Positions 1 to 10,292 of a stretch of DNA of 62,962 nt are shown piece after piece; the first letter of the stretch is position 1, and each line of letters opens with the position of its first letter. Both the position numbers and the translations under genes were made by a program. Source of the DNA: a virus (lineage: Duplodnaviria; Caudoviricetes); IMG/VR virus record IMGVR_UViG_3300022871_000857, positions 1-62,962 of that record. One strand, 5' to 3'. The notes under the pieces are model-generated. The model had not been told where the DNA came from. It ran no database searches and worked only from the letters and a program-made list of their open reading frames with translations.

Positions 1-52
1 GTTCAAGTTGAAGAACAAATTATACAACAAATAAAAACGGAGGATTCAGAAG

Positions 53-322
53 ATGGCTAAAAAATATAGGTTGGGAACAGCAATAAAAATAACTACTGTA
101 ATAAGTGTTGATAGTCCGGATACAGTTAAAATCACTATAGAAGACCCTTCGTTAGCAGTTAAAGTAACTTCAGGCACAATGACAGAACAAACAAACAATG
201 TATATTTTTATATATGGCAAAGTGCAGAAACAGATAGCGAAGGTAGTTATACTGTTACAATTAAAGCAACTAAGGGTGATTACACTGGTTTAACTAAATC
301 GGAGTTTGAATTATATGAATAG
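53..322 (+). CDS. Small Ig-like/beta-sandwich virion-associated protein (putative)
   Basis: 89 aa, beta-strand rich, 'GSYTVTIKAT' typical of Ig-like folds; GGAGG RBS upstream; start of the structural module. Confidence 0.45.
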   Translation: MAKKYRLGTAIKITTVISVDSPDTVKITIEDPSLAVKVTSGTMTEQTNNVYFYIWQSAETDSEGSYTVTIKATKGDYTGLTKSEFELYE

Positions 323-332
323 GAGGTTTAAT

Positions 333-740
333 ATGCCTAAAGCAACAAATATGAACAAAACAAAGCTAAAAGAAACCAATGTAAATATCCTTTTTGAATT
401 AAATGATATAATTACTAATAAAGTTAATGGTTTTTTTGATATGCAAGGACTAAAAATAGAACATTTAGATGATAGTGGTAATCAGAAATATCAGGTTTTA
501 AAATGCACTGCAACAGATTTAAATTGGACTAAACCACATAAACATGATAATAGTATAGAATACTTTATAGTATTAGAAGGAAAATTAGAAGTAAAAATCG
601 GAGAAGATAGCACCTTCCTTAAAGAAGGCAAAAATATTACAGTTGAAATTAATAAAATTCATAAAGTTAGGGCTTTATCTGAAAATACAATATTTTTAGC
701 TGTTCTTGTCCCTGCCGAAAGTGAGTATATGAATGAATAA
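333..740 (+). CDS. Cupin-domain protein
   Basis: Cupin motifs 'PHKHDNSIEYFIVLEGKLEV' and 'NKIHKVRAL'; AGGAGG at 321-326 favours ATG 333 over the track start. Confidence 0.8.
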   Translation: MPKATNMNKTKLKETNVNILFELNDIITNKVNGFFDMQGLKIEHLDDSGNQKYQVLKCTATDLNWTKPHKHDNSIEYFIVLEGKLEVKIGEDSTFLKEGKNITVEINKIHKVRALSENTIFLAVLVPAESEYMNE

Positions 741-957
741 TGACAGAGAATTCTGGACTTCGATTGTAAAATGGCAGGGTGGAGTTACCGAAGCACTGAA
801 AACAATAAAAGAAAACCAAGAAAAATTACAAGACCAGTTATTGACTTTACAAACTGATTATTGGTATATGAAGGGAAAAATGATAGCTTACGGCGGTATT
901 GCAGGATTAGTTACTAGTATTTCAATATGGATTGTAGTTAAATATTTTTTCAAATAA
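733..957 (+). CDS. Coiled-coil protein with C-terminal TM helix (holin/XhlA-like, putative)
   Basis: Heptad-like middle plus hydrophobic C-terminus 'IAYGGIAGLVTSISIWIVV'. Confidence 0.45.
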   Translation: MNNDREFWTSIVKWQGGVTEALKTIKENQEKLQDQLLTLQTDYWYMKGKMIAYGGIAGLVTSISIWIVVKYFFK

Positions 958-958
958 T

Positions 959-1156
959 ATGAAAATAAAAGCCGAAGAACTTAACTATATTATACATGAC
1001 TTAATAAAAGTTGTTAATAACTTAAATAATTTAGAATCACATATTCTAAGTAAATCATTTAAGAAAATATTAAGAGATTCGGAAATTAAATTAATGTCTA
1101 TAAGGCAGGAAATATTAGACACTATAATTTTAGAGGAGGATAATAAAAATGAATAA
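959..1156 (+). CDS. Hypothetical protein
   Basis: 65 aa ORF tightly packed in the + strand operon. Confidence 0.55.
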   Translation: MKIKAEELNYIIHDLIKVVNNLNNLESHILSKSFKKILRDSEIKLMSIRQEILDTIILEEDNKNE

Positions 1157-1409
1157 AATACTAGGGTTACTTAAAAACGCATTATTTACGATATTTGATT
1201 TTGTTACTAATATACTAGCTTATTTATTAAAGAATGTTAATGAAATAGTCGGTATTATTAAAACAGTAGTTAAGATTATAGTTGCAATTTTACATTTCTG
1301 GAAACCTTCAGCAGACAATTGGGTTGATTTTGTCGAAGCTTGGGGAGAAAAAATACAAGTTTTCTTATTTGATATAGTAGTAATATTAAATCAAGCAGGG
1401 AAAATATAA
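1149..1409 (+). CDS. Hydrophobic/amphipathic membrane protein (possible holin)
   Basis: 86 aa with hydrophobic helices; GAGGAGG RBS. Confidence 0.45.
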   Translation: MNKILGLLKNALFTIFDFVTNILAYLLKNVNEIVGIIKTVVKIIVAILHFWKPSADNWVDFVEAWGEKIQVFLFDIVVILNQAGKI

Positions 1410-1421
1410 GAATAGTAAACA

Positions 1422-1808
1422 ATGAAAAAAATACAGAAAATATATAATCTAATAGAAGATAAAAACTTTAGAACTAAAGCTTATCTATATTTTAGTACTA
1501 AAACAGAAGGAGCTGATTTTGACCCATATGAAGCCAATTACACTACAAGTAATCTAAATCCTGTGTTTGTAAAAGGTTATATGAAACAACTATCAGCTAC
1601 TTCTCTTGTTTGGAAGAATTATGGATTAAAAGAACAAGGTGCTATAGAATTTTTATGTAGAGAAAAATATAGAAACTGGTTTGAAAATTGTAATAAAATA
1701 ATGATTAATGAAGAAGAATATGAAGTTTTTAAAGAAGGAACTGGTGGTAAGTCTATTATAACTAATAGACCTTACAACGTCATAAAGGTAGTTTTACAAA
1801 GGAAATAG
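1422..1808 (+). CDS. Head closure/head-tail adaptor protein (putative)
   Basis: 128 aa beta-rich; 'FDPYE', 'INEEEYEV'; position ahead of the tail terminator and tube genes. Confidence 0.5.
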   Translation: MKKIQKIYNLIEDKNFRTKAYLYFSTKTEGADFDPYEANYTTSNLNPVFVKGYMKQLSATSLVWKNYGLKEQGAIEFLCREKYRNWFENCNKIMINEEEYEVFKEGTGGKSIITNRPYNVIKVVLQRK

Positions 1809-1820
1809 TGAGGAAGAAAT

Positions 1821-2291
1821 ATGTCATACTTTAGCACATCCAGAAATATTGAGCTTTCAATTATATATTATTTGGAAACTCAAATAAATGATAATTGGAC
1901 TGGGATAACAGTTACTAAAGGTTTTACTCAAGCATATGAGAAAACACTTCCTGTAGTTTGTGTAAGCTTATATAATACTATGCCTGAAAGACAAGAAGTA
2001 GGTTCTGATACTTTAGTAAAAGACTATGGAATAACAGTTGATGTTTTTGCAACTTCAGATGGACAAAGAATAGATTTAGCTGATTTTATTGTTGATAAGT
2101 TAAAGGATGGTTGTGTATTTTATATACATAGTCATGCTACTGGGGATCCATCTACATTAGCAAGAACAGCAGACGGAAGAATAAGAGTTTTAGCTTTTGA
2201 TGGAGATAGAAAAATAGAATTCTCTGGAGGAAGTACAGAAACATTTGATAAATTTAGACATAAAATTACTATTTCTGTTAGGAACAGTTAA
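1821..2291 (+). CDS. Tail terminator/completion protein (putative)
   Basis: 'LPVVCV...ITVDVFATS...RIDLADFI' pattern typical of tail terminators; synteny. Confidence 0.55.
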   Translation: MSYFSTSRNIELSIIYYLETQINDNWTGITVTKGFTQAYEKTLPVVCVSLYNTMPERQEVGSDTLVKDYGITVDVFATSDGQRIDLADFIVDKLKDGCVFYIHSHATGDPSTLARTADGRIRVLAFDGDRKIEFSGGSTETFDKFRHKITISVRNS

Positions 2292-2789
2292 ATGGGAAGA
2301 AAAAGAGTAACAATAAAATTAGAAGGTACATTACCTAAAGATTTTGCAAAAATAGTAAATAGAAAAACAGTTGAAATGGAAGTTGCATGTGGCGAGCTTG
2401 GTTTAGATGTAACTCATTTTATGAAAGATACTATAAATAATAGTGTTAGAAGACAGCCACATACAGGAAATTTAGCTGACAGTATTACATTGGATGCTAA
2501 AATAGGAAGAACTACATCTACTTTTTCTGTTGGAAATATAGACGAAATGCAAGCAAAAGCACCCTATTGGAGAGTAGTTAATGACGGTGGCTACATACCT
2601 CCTAATGTAATAGGGTATTTTAATGGTAATGGTAATCCAATGGCAGGAGCAGATGGCAACCGTTTTGGTCAAGTTACTAAAGGACATTTATTAAAACCCA
2701 TGAATCCAATTAGACCAATGAATTATATAGAACATACACAAGCTTGGCTTAACATGAATTTTAAACAATATATAAAAGCGAAAATATAA
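2292..2789 (+). CDS. HK97 gp10-like neck/tail completion protein
   Basis: 'TGNLADSI', 'APYWRVVNDG' and 'PMNYIE' motifs. Confidence 0.65.
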   Translation: MGRKRVTIKLEGTLPKDFAKIVNRKTVEMEVACGELGLDVTHFMKDTINNSVRRQPHTGNLADSITLDAKIGRTTSTFSVGNIDEMQAKAPYWRVVNDGGYIPPNVIGYFNGNGNPMAGADGNRFGQVTKGHLLKPMNPIRPMNYIEHTQAWLNMNFKQYIKAKI

Positions 2790-2868
2790 TAGATAAACAT
2801 AGTGATATAAATACTTTATTATAAGGATATAATAGAGTATAAAAAAATCTCAAAGGAGGAGAAAAAAT

Positions 2869-4128
2869 ATGATACATTCATCTTATTACAGACCAATCGT
2901 ATCTCCGTATATCGGAGACGAAGTTAAAACTGAAATTGATAGAGTTCAAGATATGTCTGCTGGAATCACATTAAACAGAACAAAGTTAGAGGAGGTAGGT
3001 ACTGTAGGTATTATCAGTTGGAGACAAACATCTCCAAGTGTTGATTTAAGTCTTACCCAGTTAGAATACGGTTCACTTGAATTTTATAATCAATTAGCAA
3101 ATCAAGCCGTTAGTTCTGTTTCAGTACTTTTAACTAACTTTAAAACTTCTGCTGTTGATGTTGCAGCCTACAAAACTGATGATGATGCTACATTTTTAGG
3201 TACTGTTTTGTATCCTAAATTCAGAATTAGTGGACTGGGACTTAATATTGGGGATCCAGATTCAATGGTTGAAAGAACATTTAGTTTAGTTGGAGAAGAC
3301 GAGTTAATTTATCAAAATGATAATAAATATCTCATTAATGCGATAAAAACATGTGTTAGTGGAGAAACAGGAGACGTAAGTATAGTATTCGGTGCTTCTG
3401 GTACTGATTATGCTAATTATCCTGCACCAGTAGAAAATCCTGATGCCAGTGGTACTTATATGATAAGGGTAACTAAATATAGTTCAGGTACTTTAACTGA
3501 AATGGATTCTGGTAGTGCTTCAGGAGAATATGAATATACAACAGGTACTTCAACATTAGAATTACATGGTTGTGCAGTTGCGGACGTTTATAGAGTTTGG
3601 TATTCAGCTACTACTTATATTAGTGGTTCTGACCCATTTACATCTAATACAACTGATGCATTTAGTATTCCTGCTGAACAATGTAGTATTTATTTACAGA
3701 CTTCAGATTATGTTTATAGACTACAAAGCATAGGTATTGATATTAGCTTAGATAGATATGATGTTAAGGAAATTGGTAATAAAGAAATTGTAGCTAGAGG
3801 TGTTAAAGATGTAACTACTAGTATTACTTTAGGAAGAATTCTTGAAGAATATACTATAGAAGAAGTTTTAAGAGGCGTTGCGGCAACATATGGTTTAATT
3901 GATGTTAGAGAGTTCTTAGATGATGTTGTTTTAACTGTATACTGCTATAGCACAACAACTAAAGCAGTTGGCGATTTCTTAATAGGTTATAGGTTTATTG
4001 GTTTATCGCCAGTATCTTTAGATGCTGGAATACCGTTAAATGATTACGTCACCAGAGGAGTAACTATGGAAGGCGAAGAAGCTATGATTTCAACTGATAA
4101 AACAACTTTAGATGCTTATTCAGGATAA
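2869..4128 (+). CDS. Major tail tube protein (with inserted extra domain)
   Basis: 419 aa, Thr/Ser/Gly-rich, strong AAGGAGGAG RBS, followed by a hairpin and chaperone/tape-measure genes. Confidence 0.65.
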   Translation: MIHSSYYRPIVSPYIGDEVKTEIDRVQDMSAGITLNRTKLEEVGTVGIISWRQTSPSVDLSLTQLEYGSLEFYNQLANQAVSSVSVLLTNFKTSAVDVAAYKTDDDATFLGTVLYPKFRISGLGLNIGDPDSMVERTFSLVGEDELIYQNDNKYLINAIKTCVSGETGDVSIVFGASGTDYANYPAPVENPDASGTYMIRVTKYSSGTLTEMDSGSASGEYEYTTGTSTLELHGCAVADVYRVWYSATTYISGSDPFTSNTTDAFSIPAEQCSIYLQTSDYVYRLQSIGIDISLDRYDVKEIGNKEIVARGVKDVTTSITLGRILEEYTIEEVLRGVAATYGLIDVREFLDDVVLTVYCYSTTTKAVGDFLIGYRFIGLSPVSLDAGIPLNDYVTRGVTMEGEEAMISTDKTTLDAYSG

Positions 4129-4147
4129 AGATTAATTAGTAAAATAC

Positions 4148-4174
4148 TAGGGAGGAGAATAACTCTCCTCCCTA
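4148..4174 (+). terminator. Stem-loop after tail tube gene (terminator/mRNA stabiliser)
   Basis: TAGGGAGGAGA-ataac-TCTCCTCCCTA perfect 11-bp stem; U-tail weak. Confidence 0.6.
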
Positions 4175-4198
4175 TAATTAAAATGTAAGGAGAAAAGT

Positions 4199-4459
4199 AT
4201 GGAAGACAAATCAAAATTTATAATACTATCTAAAGATGAATTAGATAATATTATCCAACTATCCTCTAAAAAATTAGTAGGTAAGGCTATGAAAAGATTT
4301 GAAATAATCCAAGACCCACATTCACTCAAAAAAAATATCAAAGAACTTATCTATGAAAACTACAGGGATTTTAAAGATTTACTTGATGCCAGTAGTGTAG
4401 GTCATAGTGTGTCTATTTTTGATTTTAAATATAAAAAAGAAGGTAAGGAGAAAGAATAA
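4199..4459 (+). CDS. Hypothetical protein
   Basis: 86 aa with AAGGAG RBS. Confidence 0.6.
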   Translation: MEDKSKFIILSKDELDNIIQLSSKKLVGKAMKRFEIIQDPHSLKKNIKELIYENYRDFKDLLDASSVGHSVSIFDFKYKKEGKEKE

Positions 4460-5145
4460 TGTCAGATAAAATAAAAAAAAACGTAAGCAGAGAAGAATTA
4501 GTGGACAAAGAAGTAAGTAAAATGAATGATATTATTGAATCAACTTTAGTTGAAGAAGTAATTAAAGATAATAAAAGTGAATTTGAACTTGACGGAGTAA
4601 AATATAAAATAGAGAAACCGAATCATAAAATAAAATCAGAAGCTTATAGAATGAAAACTGAAAAGTTTTTATCTTTACTTGGAGAAAAGAACAAAGACGG
4701 AACATTTAAATATTTATTAGAAGATGATTTAAAAAAAGCATATAAAGAACGTGGTATAGACATTGATAAAATGGGAATAAAAATGACTGAATTAGAAGGT
4801 AAAAAGAATCAGTTTAAATTTAAAATAGGAAAAAGCCTTGCAGATAAAAAAAATGTAAGTGATATAGAGATATTTAAAAAAGAAATTGAAGATATTAATC
4901 TTGAAGAAAGAAAACTTTCAATAAAAAAAGCTAAATTAATGGAATATGCAATAGAACAGCAAGTATTAATATTTGTATATAGTTACTTAATTTATTTAAG
5001 TGCTTATAAACTTAATGAAAAAAAGAAATGGGTTAGAGTTTGGAATTCATTTGATGAATTTGAAAACGACCAAGAGAGAATAATTAATAATATATCCTTT
5101 AATGCTACTTTTATATTAAAAGATGAACTAGATATAGAGTTTTAG
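4459..5145 (+). CDS. Tail assembly chaperone (putative)
   Basis: Charged 228 aa protein between tube and tape measure. Confidence 0.45.
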   Translation: MSDKIKKNVSREELVDKEVSKMNDIIESTLVEEVIKDNKSEFELDGVKYKIEKPNHKIKSEAYRMKTEKFLSLLGEKNKDGTFKYLLEDDLKKAYKERGIDIDKMGIKMTELEGKKNQFKFKIGKSLADKKNVSDIEIFKKEIEDINLEERKLSIKKAKLMEYAIEQQVLIFVYSYLIYLSAYKLNEKKKWVRVWNSFDEFENDQERIINNISFNATFILKDELDIEF

Positions 5146-5149
5146 AACA

Positions 5150-5494
5150 ATGAAAAACATTGATAAAAGAATTAGAGCATTGGCTAAATCATTTAAATAT
5201 CAAATGTTATATAGTCAATCAAAAGAAATTAATATTAGTTTATTCAAAAACAATACTGATTTTTCTAATTTACAGATGTTATTTTTATACTATTTATCTT
5301 TTCATTATAATTTAGTTACTGATTATCATTTAGGTGAAGTTGATGAAAAAGTATTTGAAAATGATTTATATGAAGATAGTTATATGTATTATAAGAATAA
5401 AAACAAAGATAAAGAAAAAAATAGTACAAATAAAAATAAGAAAAAAATTGAATCCCCAACAACACAATGGGTATTTAAAAATAAGAAGGTGTAA
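5150..5494 (+). CDS. Second tail assembly chaperone (putative)
   Basis: Immediately upstream of tape measure; Lys-rich C-terminus. Confidence 0.4.
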   Translation: MKNIDKRIRALAKSFKYQMLYSQSKEINISLFKNNTDFSNLQMLFLYYLSFHYNLVTDYHLGEVDEKVFENDLYEDSYMYYKNKNKDKEKNSTNKNKKKIESPTTQWVFKNKKV

Positions 5495-5499
5495 TTACA

Positions 5500-8400
5500 A
5501 TGGCAGGAATAATGGCTGAACATGGGAAAGCAGCCCTAAAGTATATTGTACAGGTTGCAATGGATAAGCATGGAACTCAAGAAGTTAATAAAGAAATGGC
5601 ACATATGAATAAAGTTATACATGCTGCCTCTACTGGGAATCAGAAAGATTTAAATTCTTTAGGTGCATCATACCATGATGTTGCAAAATCAATTACTAAA
5701 GACGGAGTTACAACTACAAAAGCATTTAGAATGGTAAATGGTAACTTAACTAAATATAGTGGCAAAATGGACCAATATGGTTTCCAAATGGCAAAAGTTA
5801 ATGAACATTTTGCACCAATGGCAAAAGGAGCTACATATACAAGTAATGCTATGGCTAAATTAGGTAAGTCACAGACAAGTGTAATTGCTTCTTCAGCTAA
5901 GTTAGCTATGAGAGCTGTAGCTACAATACCTATATGGATGGCTTTAAGAGCTGTTTATAGTGGAGCAGCAAAAATAGTAAAATCACTTATTAGTACTTAT
6001 AGAGAATTAGAAGAAGGTATGAAAAAGGTTATGGCTGTTGCAACATACACTAATGATACTCAAGCAAAAACATATGCTACTTTAGAAGCAAAAGCTAGAG
6101 GATATTATGCTACAACTACTAAAGGAATGAAAGACATTACTGAAGCCATGTATCAATTAGGAACTGCTGGACGTTCAACAGAAGAAATGTTGGGTGGTTT
6201 TACTCATATACTTGATTTAGCTATAGGTACTTTTGGAGATGTAAAACAAGCAGGACAGTTAGTATCAGGTATACTAAATGTATTTGATAAACAACTACAG
6301 GATTTAGGAAGTACTACAAATCAAGTAAAATATATAACTGATTTATTAGCAGATGCTTGGAAAAACAATCAGATTGAATTATCTGAAATGCAGACATCTA
6401 TGTCTTATTTAGGTTCTGTTGGTGGAGCCCTAGATATTAAATTACAACATTTAATTGCAAGTGCTTCTGTTATGAGTGATGCCATGTTAAGAGGTGGTAA
6501 GGGTGGAAGATTACTTTCAACTGCCTTTGCTAAAATAGCAAAAGATTCAGATAAATTAAGAGCATTAGGTGTTATTTTTGACCCATATAAGCCACTTGAT
6601 TATATGGATGTTATGACCCAAATACATGATATTTATTTAGAACAAGGTAATACTTTAGGTATGCTTAATGATTTGATAGATGTTTTTGGTATTAGAGGAG
6701 GAAGAGCTGTACTTAATGTAATGCAACAGTGGGAGAAATTGAATAAAGAATTAGGTAGGACTCCAGAACAAATAGACGGAACAGCAGCCGAACTTAAAAA
6801 ATTAGCTGAATCTAGTACTTGGGATTTAATAGCTAAAAGATGGCATCAAGCCATAAGTTCTCCTTCTGAAGGAAGTGGAGAGCCAGGATGGATTAAAAAA
6901 TTAGCTATATGGAAAGTTACAGAAGGACAAGATAATGATAAATGGGTAACTGATTTTCAGAAAAGTTTTAAGATATTAAGAGATGAAATTGGATTAACTA
7001 AAGATGAATTAAGTGAACTTCAACATTTTATGCTTTTACTTGGTGAATATAATACGGCAAAAATGATTTCTAAAGAGATAAGTTGGAAAGATAGAATTAC
7101 AGGTGCAGGAGCATCTTGGTCTAAATTAGATGCAGGAAAAGATAAAGCAGACGAAATGATTAAAGTTCTTCGCCTTTTAGAAGATGCTGATTTATTAGAT
7201 TTATTTGAAAAACCCAATGAAGATATAATGAAAATGAAAAATAATCTAATTGATTTTAACAATATAGGTGAAATTATTGGTGGTGTTTTAGATGGGATAG
7301 AAAAGAGTTGGCATGAACAAGGTAAAACAATAGATGATTTAACACAAAAAGAAATAGATTTATGGAAAAATATTGTCCAAAATTATACTGGAGTTATTAA
7401 ATCTGAAGAAGAAATAAAAAAAGCTATAGAAGCAAGACTTTCTGTAATGAAAAAAGAATTTGATGATACAGGTAGAATGGGTGTTGCAGGAGCTAAAATG
7501 GTTGAAAATGCTGAAAATGAATTAAAACTTCTAAAATTAAAAAACGATGGATTAAGAGAATCAAAATTAATAGAACAAGAAATTTTAATGGATGTTGAAC
7601 AACATAATGATGATATTGATAGGGCTATAAAAAAGACATCTGATAAATTAGTTAAAGAAGAATTATTTTTAACTACTTTAAAAAAAGAATCAGAGGAATA
7701 TAAATCTCATGAAGAAACAATTGAAACTTTAAGAAAAACATTAAAAAATTTATCTTCTATGGGTACTATTAAATTGGATATATTTGGAGATACTATTTTA
7801 GAAAATGTTACTAAATTAGTAGAAGGTGGTTTTAAGGATAAAGGGCTTGAAAATATTGTAGATAAATTATCAGAGGCTCTTACTGTTAAATTTGAAGAAG
7901 GAGAAATATCTAAAGCCGATGAAGATAAAATGACTATGGCTCATAAATTAAAAATGGCTAAATTAGATGAACGTATATTAACTTCAGATATTCTAGCAGA
8001 AGAACTAAAATTACTTGAAGCCAATAAAGAACTATTGGAAACTAACGAAGGTCTAAAAAAACAAAAACAATTAATATATGATATAGAACTTGCAAAAGCT
8101 AAAGAATTAAAAGAGCAAGTTAAATGGGCTAAAAAACTTGAAGAAATAGAAAATAAGAAAATTAGCACACACTTAAAAAATGAAGAAAAAGAATTATTAG
8201 AATTAGAAAAAGAAAAACAATCTGTTTTAGGTGTAGTTGTAGATTATGCTATGGATTTAGCTAGTGCATATGACCTTAGTGAATCCTCAAGTTTGAAATT
8301 ATTATCTGAGATAGAACAAATGTTAGGTATTGAAAAAACTGCACTTGAATTAGCAGAAAGAAAATTAGACATAAAAAGTGCTGAAACTAAGGAACTTAAA

Positions 8401-9186
8401 AAACAAAAAGACCTTTCATCTGAATCAATACAATTATATAAAATAGCCATTGCTTATGGTCCTAAAGTTGCTGATTCTATTGCAGATGTACTTAGTGGAA
8501 CTAAAAATATAGAAGACCAATCTAAACTTGTAAAAAATTTAATAGTGAAGTTTTTTGGTGATGCTCTTGATGCTTTGCAAGCTGGAAATTATTTTGATAA
8601 TAAAGGCAAAAATATATCTATATCTGAAAAACAAAATGATAGGGGAGAAATAAAAAAAATAAAAGATGATGTTAAATCTAAAATCGACCCTGATACTCCT
8701 TTAGGTATTCTATTGCAGTCAATTGAAACTGGTATGGAAGGTAAAGAACTAAATGTAGCAAATTTAATAATAAATGCAGCCAGTTTAACTAATTTAGCGG
8801 ACAGTATGAAACTTGCTTTTGAATCAGCATTAAATAATCCTGACTATGTGGAAATGATGGATTCTAATCGAGAAAGTCTTTATGGAGCTTCACTTGAAAA
8901 GACTTCAGAAAAAACTGGTACAAGTGAGTATTTACCAATATCTCTAATGAAAATGAATCAGGAACTTCTTGAAAAGTATAGACCAGAAATTAATGCAAAA
9001 TCAAAGATTCAGGATGAAAAAGACATAAAATTCATGAATACAATAAAGAATCAAATTTTAGTTAATATTACTGGTAATATTGGAGAAATGAGTGAAGAGG
9101 AAACAAAAGAATTCATAGTTGATGCTTTACGTAATGACGAAAGTAGTATATCTATAAATGTAGATAGAAGAATAGAAAAAAATTAA
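5500..9186 (+). CDS. Tail tape measure protein (TP901-type core)
   Basis: 1228 aa helical/coiled coil; 'ITEAMYQLGTAG', 'MLRGGKGGRLLSTAF', 'LIDVFGIRG' resemble the TP901 tape-measure core. Confidence 0.9.
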   Translation: MAGIMAEHGKAALKYIVQVAMDKHGTQEVNKEMAHMNKVIHAASTGNQKDLNSLGASYHDVAKSITKDGVTTTKAFRMVNGNLTKYSGKMDQYGFQMAKVNEHFAPMAKGATYTSNAMAKLGKSQTSVIASSAKLAMRAVATIPIWMALRAVYSGAAKIVKSLISTYRELEEGMKKVMAVATYTNDTQAKTYATLEAKARGYYATTTKGMKDITEAMYQLGTAGRSTEEMLGGFTHILDLAIGTFGDVKQAGQLVSGILNVFDKQLQDLGSTTNQVKYITDLLADAWKNNQIELSEMQTSMSYLGSVGGALDIKLQHLIASASVMSDAMLRGGKGGRLLSTAFAKIAKDSDKLRALGVIFDPYKPLDYMDVMTQIHDIYLEQGNTLGMLNDLIDVFGIRGGRAVLNVMQQWEKLNKELGRTPEQIDGTAAELKKLAESSTWDLIAKRWHQAISSPSEGSGEPGWIKKLAIWKVTEGQDNDKWVTDFQKSFKILRDEIGLTKDELSELQHFMLLLGEYNTAKMISKEISWKDRITGAGASWSKLDAGKDKADEMIKVLRLLEDADLLDLFEKPNEDIMKMKNNLIDFNNIGEIIGGVLDGIEKSWHEQGKTIDDLTQKEIDLWKNIVQNYTGVIKSEEEIKKAIEARLSVMKKEFDDTGRMGVAGAKMVENAENELKLLKLKNDGLRESKLIEQEILMDVEQHNDDIDRAIKKTSDKLVKEELFLTTLKKESEEYKSHEETIETLRKTLKNLSSMGTIKLDIFGDTILENVTKLVEGGFKDKGLENIVDKLSEALTVKFEEGEISKADEDKMTMAHKLKMAKLDERILTSDILAEELKLLEANKELLETNEGLKKQKQLIYDIELAKAKELKEQVKWAKKLEEIENKKISTHLKNEEKELLELEKEKQSVLGVVVDYAMDLASAYDLSESSSLKLLSEIEQMLGIEKTALELAERKLDIKSAETKELKKQKDLSSESIQLYKIAIAYGPKVADSIADVLSGTKNIEDQSKLVKNLIVKFFGDALDALQAGNYFDNKGKNISISEKQNDRGEIKKIKDDVKSKIDPDTPLGILLQSIETGMEGKELNVANLIINAASLTNLADSMKLAFESALNNPDYVEMMDSNRESLYGASLEKTSEKTGTSEYLPISLMKMNQELLEKYRPEINAKSKIQDEKDIKFMNTIKNQILVNITGNIGEMSEEETKEFIVDALRNDESSISINVDRRIEKN

Positions 9187-9200
9187 AGAGGTAAATAAAA

Positions 9201-9620
9201 ATGGCAGATTTTACACCTAGTTTTAAATTATATAACTCTGGAGATGGAGGGCTTTTAAGATATACTTTTATAGCTGTACAGTATACTAATGCACCTCAAA
9301 CTACAGGGAAACATGTAGAGATAAAAGGACAACGTGGTATTGGAAGTATTATTATAGACGGTGGAACAGACACTTGGGAATTAATTATAAGAGGTATCTT
9401 ATATAATGAAGGTGATGATGATTATCAAGATTTAACTGTTGATATTGATGCATTAGAAGCTGCCGTTGTTTATAATACTCCATATTTATTAAGAATAGAA
9501 AAAACAGCATTAACATACTATGAATATAAAGTAAAAAGAGTGAAATCAATTACATATTCTGAAAGTTTTAGAACTGATTTTCAGGAATATGAAATAAAAT
9601 TATTAGTGAACACATGGTAA
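9201..9620 (+). CDS. Distal tail protein (putative)
   Basis: 139 aa directly after tape measure; 'HVEIKGQRG' loop. Confidence 0.5.
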   Translation: MADFTPSFKLYNSGDGGLLRYTFIAVQYTNAPQTTGKHVEIKGQRGIGSIIIDGGTDTWELIIRGILYNEGDDDYQDLTVDIDALEAAVVYNTPYLLRIEKTALTYYEYKVKRVKSITYSESFRTDFQEYEIKLLVNTW

Positions 9621-9632
9621 GGAGGAAACAAA

Positions 9633-10265
9633 ATGAGTACAGAATTAACAATTTATACAAATTGTGATACACAAGACGAAGAATTAGATACTAGTGGTGT
9701 TGATTTCGTTGAAGTAGATACTGATAATGACTATATTATATTTTCTGATGGTTCTACAACTGTAGCAGATGGAGAAGCTATTCCATCAGCACAGGCATTA
9801 AATCAAGCTGGAATTGTAATTAGTGATGCAGAACAGGTTGTTTCTAAATATTTTTTAGCAGATATTAGTCAAAGTGAACTAAAAGAAATACATAATGCAG
9901 GAAATCAAAATAAAAGATATGTTTTTGCTTTTTCTTTTAATGGTGCAACTGCATCTGAACCAGTATTAGAGGTGTGGGATAATTCATCATTAAATACTTA
10001 TGCTGATTATAGTTTAGGTGCTTCTGACGCAACTTCGAGTTGGATAAGAGGAGTAGTAACTACACTGGGGCTTCCTGGAGCAAACTGGATAGGTAGTAAA
10101 TTAGCAGGCTCTACAGACGGTCATTATCTAGAATTAAATAATGGAAGTGGTGCATTAACAGTAGCAGATGTTTTATATTGTAATTTAAAGGTTGTTGTTC
10201 CTGCTAGTTTTGCAAATGCAGGTGCAGAAGCTCCTGTTTTTTGTGTAAAATATGCAACCAATTGA
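9633..10265 (+). CDS. Tail/baseplate structural protein
   Basis: Acidic Ala/Gly/Ser/Thr-rich 210 aa; AAGGAGG RBS. Confidence 0.5.
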   Translation: MSTELTIYTNCDTQDEELDTSGVDFVEVDTDNDYIIFSDGSTTVADGEAIPSAQALNQAGIVISDAEQVVSKYFLADISQSELKEIHNAGNQNKRYVFAFSFNGATASEPVLEVWDNSSLNTYADYSLGASDATSSWIRGVVTTLGLPGANWIGSKLAGSTDGHYLELNNGSGALTVADVLYCNLKVVVPASFANAGAEAPVFCVKYATN

Positions 10266-10292
10266 TTTTAAAGGAGTTATGAGGATAATAAT

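Noticed and set aside
2800-2840. T4-like late promoter TATAAATA upstream of the tail tube gene
   Set aside because: The motif is expected by chance at this AT content, and no gp55-like sigma factor is in the window.
4459-5494. Programmed -1 frameshift between tail chaperone genes
   Set aside because: No convincing XXXYYYZ slippery site at the end of the first ORF, and the second ORF has its own ATG.
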